Source: a virus
Taxonomy: Duplodnaviria > Caudoviricetes
Length of the DNA: 44,270 bases
Reading direction: 5' to 3' (one strand)
IMG/VR virus record: IMGVR_UViG_3300037782_000174
Coordinates: 1 to 44,270 of that record
The notes under the pieces were generated by a model. It searched no databases, had not been told where the DNA came from, and worked only from the letters and a program-made list of their open reading frames with translations. The position numbers were made by a program, and so were the translations under genes. This document shows positions 35,907 through 44,270 of the stretch, in pieces (within the stretch, counting starts at the first letter, position 1; each line of letters opens with the position of its first letter).

Positions 35907-36368
35907 ATGTCTGAAGCTATCTCTGATTTCAATACGGTGACAGGCCTGATCTTTGATCAGCTGTACCAGTCCTTTCCGACGCCCTCTCCGATAAGAGTGG
36001 AAGCCATCGCTGACGCCATGGGGCTGAAAGCTCTCGAAGTGCAGGAGGGTGATGAACCATGGATGCCAACCGTTGGAGAGCCATACGAGGCACTTCCGAG
36101 CGGCAGGGCGCTGGTTGACTTCGTCGACGCAACGATTCGCTGGTTGAGTGAAGAGGGATTTATTCGGACAGGCACGTTCAGGGAATCGGTCCTGACGGCA
36201 AAGGCTCTGACGATAATGAACGCCACTCCTGACAGCCTTAACGGCGAATCCCTCGGAGCCACCTTGAGCGGCGCTGCGAAATCGGCAGGTACGGAGGCGG
36301 GCCGAGCCGCTATAAGTGAAACCGTAGGTCAGATCATCGGTGCCGCCGCCAAGGCGATGGCGACCTAA
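35907..36368 (+). CDS. Moron: hypothetical protein (winged-helix-like IRWLSEEGFI...LT.K)
   Basis: RBS GGAG, own promoter candidate, codon usage unlike the structural genes. Confidence 0.7.
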   Translation: MSEAISDFNTVTGLIFDQLYQSFPTPSPIRVEAIADAMGLKALEVQEGDEPWMPTVGEPYEALPSGRALVDFVDATIRWLSEEGFIRTGTFRESVLTAKALTIMNATPDSLNGESLGATLSGAAKSAGTEAGRAAISETVGQIIGAAAKAMAT

Positions 36369-36370
36369 CC

Positions 36371-36385
36371 CCTGACACTGTCAGG
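36371..36385. promoter_or_regulatory. Late-activator palindrome 3 (tail operon)
   Basis: CCTGACACTGTCAGG upstream of the sheath gene. Confidence 0.8.
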
Positions 36386-36456
36386 CTCATGCAGCCTGGC
36401 GCGCGCGCGTATCCACGCTTCAAGCCCTCTTCAAACGGCCTTGGAGCACTCCGTTC

Positions 36457-37755
36457 ATGCCCATTTCTGGTTTCAACCATGGGGTCCGCGTCATCGATGC
36501 TGGCTCCGAGCCGCGCCCGATCGAGGTCGCCGATACGTCAACGGCAGCGCTGAACTTCATCGATTCCACTGCTGACAACGACGCCTTCCCTCTTGACGAA
36601 CCGGTGCTGCTCTTCACCCACGACACCGAAAAGGTGGCGCTGCTCGGCAACACGCCCGGCAACGAGGCAGTACGCCAGGTCAACGCCATCAAGGCGCAGG
36701 GCATCGAAGGCCGACTTGTCGTGGCGCGCGTCGCGCATTCGACCGAAGCCGATCCGGGCGACAAGGCTGCCGAGGAGCTGGCAAACTTGGTCGGTTCGGC
36801 GGCATCGATGACCGGCGTTCACGCGCTGTCCTATGCGCGCGGCCATGTCGGTGTGGAGCCAGATATCATCATCGGTGGCGGCAGGGCAGCCGGCCGCATC
36901 GACAACGCCAAGAACCCTTACGCCGACGCCTGTGAACAGGTCGGCGCGAAGCTGAAGGCGGTCACGGTCTTTGACACTGGCGGCGCCGACAGTGATGCCA
37001 GCCTTGCCTACCGGGCAGACTTTGACAATCGCTACACCTATCTGGTCGACCCCTTCGTTCGCATCTTGTCGGGGGAAGACATCGTCGCGGTACCGGCCAG
37101 CCCCTATGCCGCCGCCATGTTTGTCAAGAAGGACAAGCAGAAAGGCGGACCCTACTGGTCACCTTCTAACCAGGAGGTTGGCGGTATCCTCGGCACGGCA
37201 CGGCCGATCTCCTATTTCGATGGCGAGTTGGACCACGAGGCCAACCTCCTCAACGAGAACGGCATCGCTACCTTCATCCCTTCGCGCCTGGTGCAGGGAC
37301 CGGGCGGCCAGTTCTCGCCGAACGGCCGCATTCTGTGGGGCAACCGCAGCGCCTCGGAAGACCCGCTGTGGCAGTTCATCAACGTGGTGCGCACCCGTGC
37401 CACGATCGAGAAGGCGATCGTCGGTTCCTTCCGGCCCTGGGCAAACGACGAGAACATGACCAGCCAGCACGTGCTGGCGATCATGCGCTCGTTGCAGACC
37501 TTCCTCGACGAGCTGACGGCGGCCGGCGCGATCCTCGGAGGCCGTGCCTTCTGGGACCGGGACTTCAACACCAACGCATCGCTGAAGGCCGGCAAGCTGC
37601 GCATCGAGTTCGACGCGGAAGAGACGCCACCGCTCGAAGACCTGATCTTCGGTTCGCGTCGCAACGAGCGCTACTTCGACAATCTGGCCGCAGACATCCA
37701 GCGGCGCATCTCGGTCGAGTTCGGCGGCACCATCGCCGACTACCTGGCCGCGTAA
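36457..37755 (+). CDS. Contractile tail sheath (P2 FI-like)
   Basis: FNHGVRVI, YWSPSNQ, ANLLNENGI, LWGNRS and FINVVR motifs. Confidence 0.92.
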   Translation: MPISGFNHGVRVIDAGSEPRPIEVADTSTAALNFIDSTADNDAFPLDEPVLLFTHDTEKVALLGNTPGNEAVRQVNAIKAQGIEGRLVVARVAHSTEADPGDKAAEELANLVGSAASMTGVHALSYARGHVGVEPDIIIGGGRAAGRIDNAKNPYADACEQVGAKLKAVTVFDTGGADSDASLAYRADFDNRYTYLVDPFVRILSGEDIVAVPASPYAAAMFVKKDKQKGGPYWSPSNQEVGGILGTARPISYFDGELDHEANLLNENGIATFIPSRLVQGPGGQFSPNGRILWGNRSASEDPLWQFINVVRTRATIEKAIVGSFRPWANDENMTSQHVLAIMRSLQTFLDELTAAGAILGGRAFWDRDFNTNASLKAGKLRIEFDAEETPPLEDLIFGSRRNERYFDNLAADIQRRISVEFGGTIADYLAA

Positions 37756-37767
37756 GGGAGCTGAACC

Positions 37768-38286
37768 ATGACGCTTCGTATTGTCCGCGGGTTCACGCTC
37801 TACGTGAACGACGACACCAATCTCGCCCTCGACATCGACACGATGGCGCTGCCGACGCTGGAGGAAATCACCGAGACCTTTCAGCCGGGCGGCTCTGACA
37901 TGGAGTTGGAAATCGCCGGCCTCGGCGTGAAGGCGCTGGAGCTGAAGTTCAAGCTGAAGAGCCACACGCCCGAAACCATCGGCCTGTTCGGCGGCGCACC
38001 TGGTGTCAGGAACAACTTCACCGGCAAGAAGCTGGTCGTGTCCGAAGAAGACGGTACCGAGCACGAGCATGCGATCGATGTGCTCGGCCGGCTGTCCAAG
38101 CTCGAAGGCGAGGAGCTGAAGGGCGGCAAGGCCACCGGCTACGATCACGAGATCAAGTCGATCTGGTCCTACACCGAATACTGGGACGCCCGCGTCATGC
38201 ACCGCTTCAACTTCAAGAAGGGCGGCTGGGACATCCGCAATTTCGAGCCGGTCAATGAAGGCCGCCGCCGCGTGCTGTTCGGGTGA
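37768..38286 (+). CDS. Tail tube (P2 FII-like)
   Basis: LPTL...TE.FQPGG motif; follows the sheath gene. Confidence 0.85.
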   Translation: MTLRIVRGFTLYVNDDTNLALDIDTMALPTLEEITETFQPGGSDMELEIAGLGVKALELKFKLKSHTPETIGLFGGAPGVRNNFTGKKLVVSEEDGTEHEHAIDVLGRLSKLEGEELKGGKATGYDHEIKSIWSYTEYWDARVMHRFNFKKGGWDIRNFEPVNEGRRRVLFG

Positions 38287-38693
38287 GTGAGATGAGCGGA
38301 GCTGTTCACGAGGTCAAAATTCCGCTGTCCTTCCCAATCCCGGTGAAGGGCAGCGACGGCAGGGACGCCAAGCGCGACCTGCTGGTGATGCGCCGGCCGA
38401 AGACACGCCACGCCAAGCAACTGGCGGCCATCTGCGGCGCCGACCTGCTGCAGATGATCGCCGAAGCGCCGGATGGCGAGGTCGGTCAGCTGGACAAGGC
38501 GAAGATCGCGGCCGACCTCGCAAAGCGGCTGGTGACGATCGAGAACCTCGATGCCTTCACGGCCATCGTCGCCGACATGTGCAACGAGGAACCGGAAGTC
38601 ATCGACGAGCTGGATGTTGCCGATCTGATCGAGGTCGCAAAGGGCTTCGCCGATTTTTTTCCGTCGCTCCAGTCCTTCGTTTCCACGACCTAG
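38283..38693 (+). CDS. Tail assembly chaperone (P2 E / Mu gp41-like)
   Basis: LSFPI...LVMRRPK, IDELDVADL and DFF C-terminus. Confidence 0.85.
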   Translation: MSEMSGAVHEVKIPLSFPIPVKGSDGRDAKRDLLVMRRPKTRHAKQLAAICGADLLQMIAEAPDGEVGQLDKAKIAADLAKRLVTIENLDAFTAIVADMCNEEPEVIDELDVADLIEVAKGFADFFPSLQSFVSTT

Positions 38694-38815
38694 CGGCGGA
38701 GCTGGCGGTCTTCTACCGCTGGCCGCCGTCCGAAATCGACGCCATGGACTGGGGCGACTTCCTCGCTTTCCACGACGCCATGAAGCGCATGACCCGCGCT
38801 GCGCGGGCTGAGTAG
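38654..38815 (+). CDS. -1 frameshift extension of the chaperone (P2 E+E'-like)
   Basis: T7 run at 38654-38660; the -1 frame encodes AELAVFYRWPPSEIDAMDW.D (GpE motif) with no convincing start of its own. Confidence 0.8.
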   Translation, partial: FFSVAPVLRFHDLAAELAVFYRWPPSEIDAMDWGDFLAFHDAMKRMTRAARAE

Positions 38816-38823
38816 CAGGACCG

Positions 38824-41154
38824 ATGGAAGCTTCGCTCCTCATCAGGCTGATCGATCAGGTCACCGGCCCGGCCGGCAAGGTGCGTGACGCCTTGAAGGG
38901 CGTTGGCGACATGGCTGGCGAGATGAAGCGCGGCTTCAATCGGGCCATTCGCGATGGCTTCTCCGTCGAAAACATCGAGACCGCAACGCGCAATGCGGAA
39001 GCCGCGCTCTCTCGCGCGCGCTCGCGGCTGATTGGCGCAGTTGGAACCGGGCTTGCCCTTGCCGCGCCTCTGAAGATGGCCGGCCAATTCGATCAGGCCA
39101 TGAAGGGGCTGGAAAAGGTGCTCGACGCTCCTGTCGATCGCCTCTTGGCACTGCGCCGCTACGCGCTGGAGACCAGTGCGCTTATCCCGATCGCCGCCCG
39201 CGATGTCGTCGAGCTGATGGCCGAGGCCGCCCAGGGCGGTGTGCCGCAGGAAGAACTGGAAGCCTTTACGACCTATGTCGCCAACGCTGCCGTCGCCTTC
39301 GACATGGCCGGCCAGGAGATCGGTGACCGCTTCGCCAAGCTGCGCAACGTCTACAAGCTCACGCAGGATGGTATCGAGGATCTAGGCGACGCCACCAATC
39401 ACCTGTCGAACAACATGGCGGCGAAGGCGGAGCAGATCACCGATTTTGCTAACCGCGCGGCCGGCGCCGCAGCAATTTTCGAACTGACGGCCACGCAGAC
39501 GGCCGCGGTCGGCGCGGCGATGATCGCCGCCGGCATTGTCCCAGAGACAGCAGGCCGTGGGTTCACAGCCATGGCGACGCGCATTCTCTCCGGTGGCAAG
39601 GAGGTCGATGGCGCGTTCAAGTCGATCGGCATGAACCGCAGAGCCTTCCTGCAGGCGCTAGAGGAGGATGCCCCGGCCGCACTGGAATCGCTTTTCAATA
39701 CGTTGGCGACCCATAAGAACGGCATGCAGGCGCTGATCGACATTGTCGGCCGCGACTTCGCCGACGATTTCGCGAAGTTCCTGGGCAATCCAGAGCTTCT
39801 ACGTGCTGCCTTCGACCTGGTGGCCGATCGGGCAAGCTATGCGGGCTCCGCTGTAGAGGAAGCGGCGAAGCAGGCTGCCGGTGCGGAGAAACGCTGGGAG
39901 CTTCTCACCAACAAACTCTCCCGCATGGCAATCGTGCTCGGCGATCAACTGCTGCCGGCCGCGCTGGAAGCCGCAGATGCGATCGGCGGCGTGCTCGACA
40001 AGATGGCCGCTTTCGCAGCGGCGAACCCAGAGCTGACCGCAACGGCCGTTCAAGCTGTGGCGGCACTGATGGCATTATCAGTCGCATCGCGGCTCGCCGC
40101 GTGGGCCTTTGCCGGTACGCGGGTTGGGCTGCTCGCGGTCGTTCGATTGCTCGCTATGTTTGACAAGTCCGGTCGCAATGTCGGCACTGGATGGCGCGCC
40201 CTAGCGGTTAGCGGTCGGTTGCTGTGGATGGTCGTATCGGGCCTCGCATGGGCGGCTGGCGGCTTGGTGACGGTGCTCGCCGGCATCACTGCGCCTGTTT
40301 GGGCAGTGATTGCGGCACTCGCGGCAGCGGCCTTCGCGCTGTGGAAATACTGGGACGCGATATCGTCCTTCACGTCCGGCTTTGCATCGGTGCTCCTAGA
40401 GCTCTCGCAACCGCTTGCCGAGGTCATGTCGCAGATCGGCGAGTTCGGAATCAAGGCCTCTGAGCTTGCAGGCGTTGATACCTCGCAGCTCGCGGCAGGC
40501 TTCGGTCTTGTCTTCAATGCTGCCCGACGCCTGGTCGATGTGACGGCATGGGTCGATACCGCGCGCGCAGCAATTGATGAGTTTGGTGGCTGGATATCTG
40601 GCTTCTTCTCGCGTGACACGCTCACCGACGACGAGAAGGGCGCCTATTACGATGCCGGCCGGCGCATGGCGGAGCGTCTGGTGCAGGGAATCAAGGATCA
40701 TCTGTCGAACATGATCAAGCCGGTGCAGGACTTGTTCAACTTCACGATGTCGATCGACTGGCCGGAACCGCCAGCCTGGCTGTCCTGGCTGATCGAAAAG
40801 GGCGGCGGCCTGGTCGATGGCGTGAGCGATACGATCAGCGGCAAGGATGACCCGACTGCGGCGGCCGCTGGAGGTGGTGTGCGTGGCTGGATCAACAATG
40901 CCTGGGATGACCTCTTCGGCTCCGGCAAGGATGTTGCCGACCAGGTGATCAGCGGCGCGGGGGTGGCCGGCGACAAGCTCGGCGGGGCCGCGTCCGAAAG
41001 ACTGAATGCCGGCGCGGCAGCTGCCGGCAATGCGTTCGGCAACGCGGCCGTAGCCGTCATCAGCAAGGCCCGGGTGAATGTCGGGGTCGGCGGTGGCCTG
41101 TCAGGCGCGATCAGCGCGGCCAAGACGGCGGCGCTTCACGGAGGGACTGAGTGA
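38824..41154 (+). CDS. Tail tape measure protein (TP901-like core)
   Basis: 776 aa, Ala/Gly-rich; LIDQVTGP N-terminus; D..NHLSNNMAA core; TM segments. Confidence 0.92.
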   Translation: MEASLLIRLIDQVTGPAGKVRDALKGVGDMAGEMKRGFNRAIRDGFSVENIETATRNAEAALSRARSRLIGAVGTGLALAAPLKMAGQFDQAMKGLEKVLDAPVDRLLALRRYALETSALIPIAARDVVELMAEAAQGGVPQEELEAFTTYVANAAVAFDMAGQEIGDRFAKLRNVYKLTQDGIEDLGDATNHLSNNMAAKAEQITDFANRAAGAAAIFELTATQTAAVGAAMIAAGIVPETAGRGFTAMATRILSGGKEVDGAFKSIGMNRRAFLQALEEDAPAALESLFNTLATHKNGMQALIDIVGRDFADDFAKFLGNPELLRAAFDLVADRASYAGSAVEEAAKQAAGAEKRWELLTNKLSRMAIVLGDQLLPAALEAADAIGGVLDKMAAFAAANPELTATAVQAVAALMALSVASRLAAWAFAGTRVGLLAVVRLLAMFDKSGRNVGTGWRALAVSGRLLWMVVSGLAWAAGGLVTVLAGITAPVWAVIAALAAAAFALWKYWDAISSFTSGFASVLLELSQPLAEVMSQIGEFGIKASELAGVDTSQLAAGFGLVFNAARRLVDVTAWVDTARAAIDEFGGWISGFFSRDTLTDDEKGAYYDAGRRMAERLVQGIKDHLSNMIKPVQDLFNFTMSIDWPEPPAWLSWLIEKGGGLVDGVSDTISGKDDPTAAAAGGGVRGWINNAWDDLFGSGKDVADQVISGAGVAGDKLGGAASERLNAGAAAAGNAFGNAAVAVISKARVNVGVGGGLSGAISAAKTAALHGGTE

Positions 41155-41579
41155 TGCCGCTGCTCGCGCTTGGTCCCCACATTTTCGAGATTGCCCCGCT
41201 CAATTACCAGAAGCTGGTGACCGAGGTTGAGGTCAAATGGCCGGCCATCGCGCGTTTCGGCGGCCGTCCCGGCCGCCAGTTCACCGGCTATGGCGAAGAC
41301 CCGATCGTCATATCCGGCCTGCTCTTCCCGGAAGAGTTGGGCGGCCGCGAGGAACTGGAAGCTGTCCGCATCACGGCAAGAGCGGCGCTGCCGGTCATGA
41401 TGCTGGGCTGGGCCGGCGTGGCGGGCTTCGCCGCGCGCGTGCTGGGCCAGGTGGTCATCCTGAAGGCCAGCGACACACAGACCTATATCGACATCGCCGG
41501 CCGAGGCCGGCGTCTGGAATATTCCATCGACGTCGCGCCATCGGGCGGTGGCGGCAAGCCGATAGGACTGTTCGGATGA
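41154..41579 (+). CDS. Tail protein (P2 gpU-like)
   Basis: LLALGPHIF and QFTGYGED.I.ISG.LFP motifs. Confidence 0.85.
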   Translation: MPLLALGPHIFEIAPLNYQKLVTEVEVKWPAIARFGGRPGRQFTGYGEDPIVISGLLFPEELGGREELEAVRITARAALPVMMLGWAGVAGFAARVLGQVVILKASDTQTYIDIAGRGRRLEYSIDVAPSGGGGKPIGLFG

Positions 41580-41842
41580 GCGCGCGGATTATTCCAGCCG
41601 CGATTGCGACAGTGCGCGCCGAGGACGCCACGCTCGATCTCGTTTGTTTCGAGCATGCGCTTTCCGCGCTCGGCGATCGGCGCATGGCCGGCAAGATCAA
41701 AGGCTATGTCGAGGCGACTTTCGAGGCCAATCCCGGCCTCGCCGATCTTGGCCTGATCCTGCCGCGCGGCACTGTGGTGAAGCTGCCGGAATTCGTCATT
41801 CAGACCAGCGTGCCGGCGAAGCGGCTGTGGGACGATGACTGA
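41576..41842 (+). CDS. Tail protein X (LysM-like)
   Basis: TLDLVC, EANPGLA...LP.GT.V.LP and RLWD motifs. Confidence 0.85.
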   Translation: MSARIIPAAIATVRAEDATLDLVCFEHALSALGDRRMAGKIKGYVEATFEANPGLADLGLILPRGTVVKLPEFVIQTSVPAKRLWDDD

Positions 41843-42815
41843 TCGCACGCGGCCCTTCATTGAGGTTTCGGTCAACGGCCGGCCGGTCAGCGGCGTCTTC
41901 TATCAGCGGCTGAACAAGGCGACCATCCACGACGCTCCCGGCCAGGACGGCGACACGGTGGAACTCACCTTCGATGACGCCAACAATGAAATCCAGATAC
42001 CGGCCAAGGGCGCGATCCTGGTCGTCAAGTTCGGCTTTCGCGATGCCGGCAGCTGGAAGATGGGCCGCTTCACCTACGAGAAGTGGTCGTTCGGGGGCGG
42101 CGAAGGCGGCGAGCTTGTCACGCTCTCGGGCCGTGCAGCCGACATGCGTTCGGATGTGAAGGAGCCGGTTTCGGAGAATTTCGACGACATGACGCTCGGC
42201 GCGATCGTCCAGCAGCTGGCCGGCCGGCACGGCTACCAGGCGAAGGTCGCGGGTGAGTTTGCCGGCCTGCAGCTGCCCTATGTGGCGCGCTATGAGCAGT
42301 CGACAGTGGATTTCCTCACCCGGATGGCGGATCGCACCGGCGCGCTGTTTTCGGTCAAGGACAACAAGTTCCTCTTCGTTCCGCGCGGTGAGCTGCCGTC
42401 AATTACCATCGATCGCAGCGAATGCGAGAGCTGGAGCTTTTCCGGCGAGCCGCGCCCCCTCTATGGCAAGACCGAGGGCGGCTGGCTCGATCGTGCCAGC
42501 GGAGAGGTGAAGTTCGAGAGGCATTCAACGGGCCTTGAAGGCCCCGTTAAGCGGCTTCGAAACCTTCTGCCTGGCAAGGCCGAGGCGAAGCATGCAGCGA
42601 AAGCTGAAGGCGACCGGCTGGCGCGGGCCACGGGTTCCGGCTCCATCGACCTGGCCGGCCGGCCTGAGGTGATGGCCGACCAGCCGATCAATACCACCGG
42701 ATTCCGCCCGGAGGGCAACGGCATGTGGCGATGCTCCGGCGTCGATCACACCTTCGACAAGACCTACATGACCTCGATTTCGCTCGAAGCGCCGGAGAGC
42801 GGGAAAGGAGAGTGA
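41835..42815 (+). CDS. Baseplate hub / late control D (P2 gpD-like)
   Basis: D..G...D.VEL..DD and QS..DFL.R.A.R.GA.FSVK motifs. Confidence 0.88.
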   Translation: MTDRTRPFIEVSVNGRPVSGVFYQRLNKATIHDAPGQDGDTVELTFDDANNEIQIPAKGAILVVKFGFRDAGSWKMGRFTYEKWSFGGGEGGELVTLSGRAADMRSDVKEPVSENFDDMTLGAIVQQLAGRHGYQAKVAGEFAGLQLPYVARYEQSTVDFLTRMADRTGALFSVKDNKFLFVPRGELPSITIDRSECESWSFSGEPRPLYGKTEGGWLDRASGEVKFERHSTGLEGPVKRLRNLLPGKAEAKHAAKAEGDRLARATGSGSIDLAGRPEVMADQPINTTGFRPEGNGMWRCSGVDHTFDKTYMTSISLEAPESGKGE

Positions 42816-42827
42816 CAGGGCGCTGGT

Positions 42828-42964
42828 GACGGACGGCCGGGTCAATTCCCGGTAGGCGGGCCTCAGTTTGGCGACCAGGACCCGCCCGACAGCATTGGAA
42901 GATAACCGTCCCGTCCGCTGCCCCGAAGGGCAGCTCGGACCGTGACTGATTCCTTGAAAGTCAG
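42828..42964 (+). promoter_or_regulatory. Multi-hairpin structured leader of the methylase gene
   Basis: Hairpins at 42837-42852, 42855-42886 and 42913-42940, plus enclosing GGACGG/CCGTCC pairing. Confidence 0.5.
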
Positions 42965-42966
42965 AA

Positions 42967-43773
42967 ATGCAGATCGACACTGAATTCACAGCCGTTCGGC
43001 CTGTCAGCCCGGTGGCGGGCTACATCGGAGGCAAGCGGCGGCTCGCCGCGCGCCTGGTTGAACGGATCGCGGCCGTGCCACACCGAACCTATGCTGAGCC
43101 GTTTGTCGGCATGGGCGGCGTGTTCTTCAGGCGCCCGTCGAAGCCGCCGGCCGAGGTCATCAACGACCGCAACGGCGAGGTGACCAATCTCTTCCGCATC
43201 CTTCAGCGGCACTATCCGCAATTCATGGAAACGCTTCGTTTCCAGATCACGTCGCGGACAGAATTCGAGCGGCTGAAGGCCAGCGATCCGGCTACCCTGA
43301 CCGATCTCGAACGCGCCGGACGGTTCCTCTATCTCCAGCGCACCGCTTTCGGCGGCAAGGTGGCCGGTCAGAACTTCGGCGTCGACCCGCGCTCTGCCGC
43401 CGGGTTCAACCTTGCTCGCCTGGCTCCATTGCTGGATGAAGCGCATGAGCGACTTGCCGGCGTCGTCATCGAGAACCTCGACTGGCAGGATTTCATCGCC
43501 CGCTACGATCGCCCCGAGACGCTGTTCTACCTCGACCCACCATATTGGGGGTCGGAAAGCGACTACGGACGGGCGCTGTTCTCCCGCGACCAGTTCGACC
43601 TTCTGTCAGACGCTTTAAGGGGGCTCAAGGGCCGCTTCATCCTCTCGATAAATGATGTGCCGGAGGTCCGGGAGATGTTTGCCTGGGCAACGATCGAGGC
43701 TGTCGAACTGCTCTACACGATCACTGGCGGCCGCGGAACGAAAGCGAGAGAGCTGATCATCTCCTCTCCCTAG
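42967..43773 (+). CDS. D12-class N6-adenine DNA methyltransferase (mom position)
   Basis: YIGGKRRL, YAEPFVGMGGVF, EVIND and FYLDPPY motifs. Confidence 0.93.
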   Translation: MQIDTEFTAVRPVSPVAGYIGGKRRLAARLVERIAAVPHRTYAEPFVGMGGVFFRRPSKPPAEVINDRNGEVTNLFRILQRHYPQFMETLRFQITSRTEFERLKASDPATLTDLERAGRFLYLQRTAFGGKVAGQNFGVDPRSAAGFNLARLAPLLDEAHERLAGVVIENLDWQDFIARYDRPETLFYLDPPYWGSESDYGRALFSRDQFDLLSDALRGLKGRFILSINDVPEVREMFAWATIEAVELLYTITGGRGTKARELIISSP

Positions 43774-43823
43774 TTGACGCCCTTCGCCCCGTGCCCGTTA
43801 ATGGACGCGGGGCGCAGGAGGGC

Positions 43824-44270
43824 ATGAACATGAGCTGGCAGACATTTGCCGTATCGGTCATCACGGCGCTGATAACATCGATCGCGACGACGATTGCAGC
43901 AACTTACACCTATTGGAACACCGACCGCTCTCTGGATATCGAGATGGTTCGAATTTCCCTGTCCATCCTGAGCGGTGAGAACCAGGACACCTCGCTAAAC
44001 GGGCGCAAATTCGCGCTGCGCTCGCTCGCCAAATACAGTGACGTTGAAATCCCCGATGACGAATTCGAGCAATGGGCTCTGACCGGCACTGTTCCCGAGC
44101 CCACTGACTGGTCCAAGTGGGTTTTGGCGCGCGAAGGGGGTCTCGGACCTTCGCGAGGAGCCCCGACCGGCTCTGCCTGGGGAGTCCCGGCCGGCCCTGC
44201 ACCCGAGAAGGGCGGCACATACGGTCCGCCTCCGAAGAGCGAATACCTTCCGAACAGCACGGCGAATTGA
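43824..44270 (+). CDS. Membrane-anchored hypothetical protein (right-end accessory gene)
   Basis: RBS AGGAGG before ATG 43824; N-terminal TM; Pro/Gly-rich tail; TTGACG upstream at 43774. Confidence 0.65.
   Translation: MNMSWQTFAVSVITALITSIATTIAATYTYWNTDRSLDIEMVRISLSILSGENQDTSLNGRKFALRSLAKYSDVEIPDDEFEQWALTGTVPEPTDWSKWVLAREGGLGPSRGAPTGSAWGVPAGPAPEKGGTYGPPPKSEYLPNSTAN

Larger units (their letters stand above)
1820..44270 (+). mobile_element. Mu-like transposable prophage (Mu-type early and head genes, P2-type contractile tail); left end approximate, right end outside the window
   Basis: Repressor-ner-A-B early region, gemA/mor-like genes, gp25-gp29/F/I-like head block, full tail set and terminal methylase. 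No integrase. Confidence 0.93.

Noticed and set aside
31077-36368. Diversity-generating retroelement or invertible tail-fibre segment
   Set aside because: No reverse transcriptase, invertase, duplicated template/variable repeat or inverted second fibre gene seen.
14291-36385. The three palindromes as CRISPR repeats or IS ends
   Set aside because: They are kilobases apart with no spacers, cas genes or enclosed IS transposase; their positions fit promoters.
42967-43773. Restriction-modification system or mom gene
   Set aside because: A solitary DPPY methylase in the usual terminal position with no recognisable endonuclease partner; it is not a Mom-type acetyltransferase-fold protein.

Overview
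GC-rich alphaproteobacterial (Rhizobiales-like; inferred) chromosome window. Two probable host genes (eda KDPG aldolase and a DUF3380-type muramidase, 1-1608) are followed by an apparently intact Mu-like transposable prophage of at least ~42 kb, running from ~1.82 kb to beyond the right edge. Gene order: S24 repressor/ner switch, ParB-like gene, MuA/MuB, early accessory genes, GemA, Mor/C-like activator, lysis block, Mu-type terminase/portal/MuF/protease/capsid, a P2-type contractile baseplate and tail, and a D12 adenine methylase in the mom position. Best candidate for an undescribed system: MuF (21581-22780) carries a C-terminal BECR/PBECR-like nuclease extension but has no immunity ORF. It is instead met head-on by a 68-nt tRNA-shaped RNA on the - strand (22850-22783) with its own sigma70-like promoter, a candidate tRNA-mimic RNA antitoxin or decoy. 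Also present: an Acb2-like anti-CBASS sponge in the head cluster, an AbiV-like HEPN gene, a 15-bp palindrome repeated exactly before three late operons, operator and end-binding repeats, a -1 frameshift site in the tail chaperone, and several structured intergenic leaders. All family assignments come from motif recognition and synteny; no searches were run.
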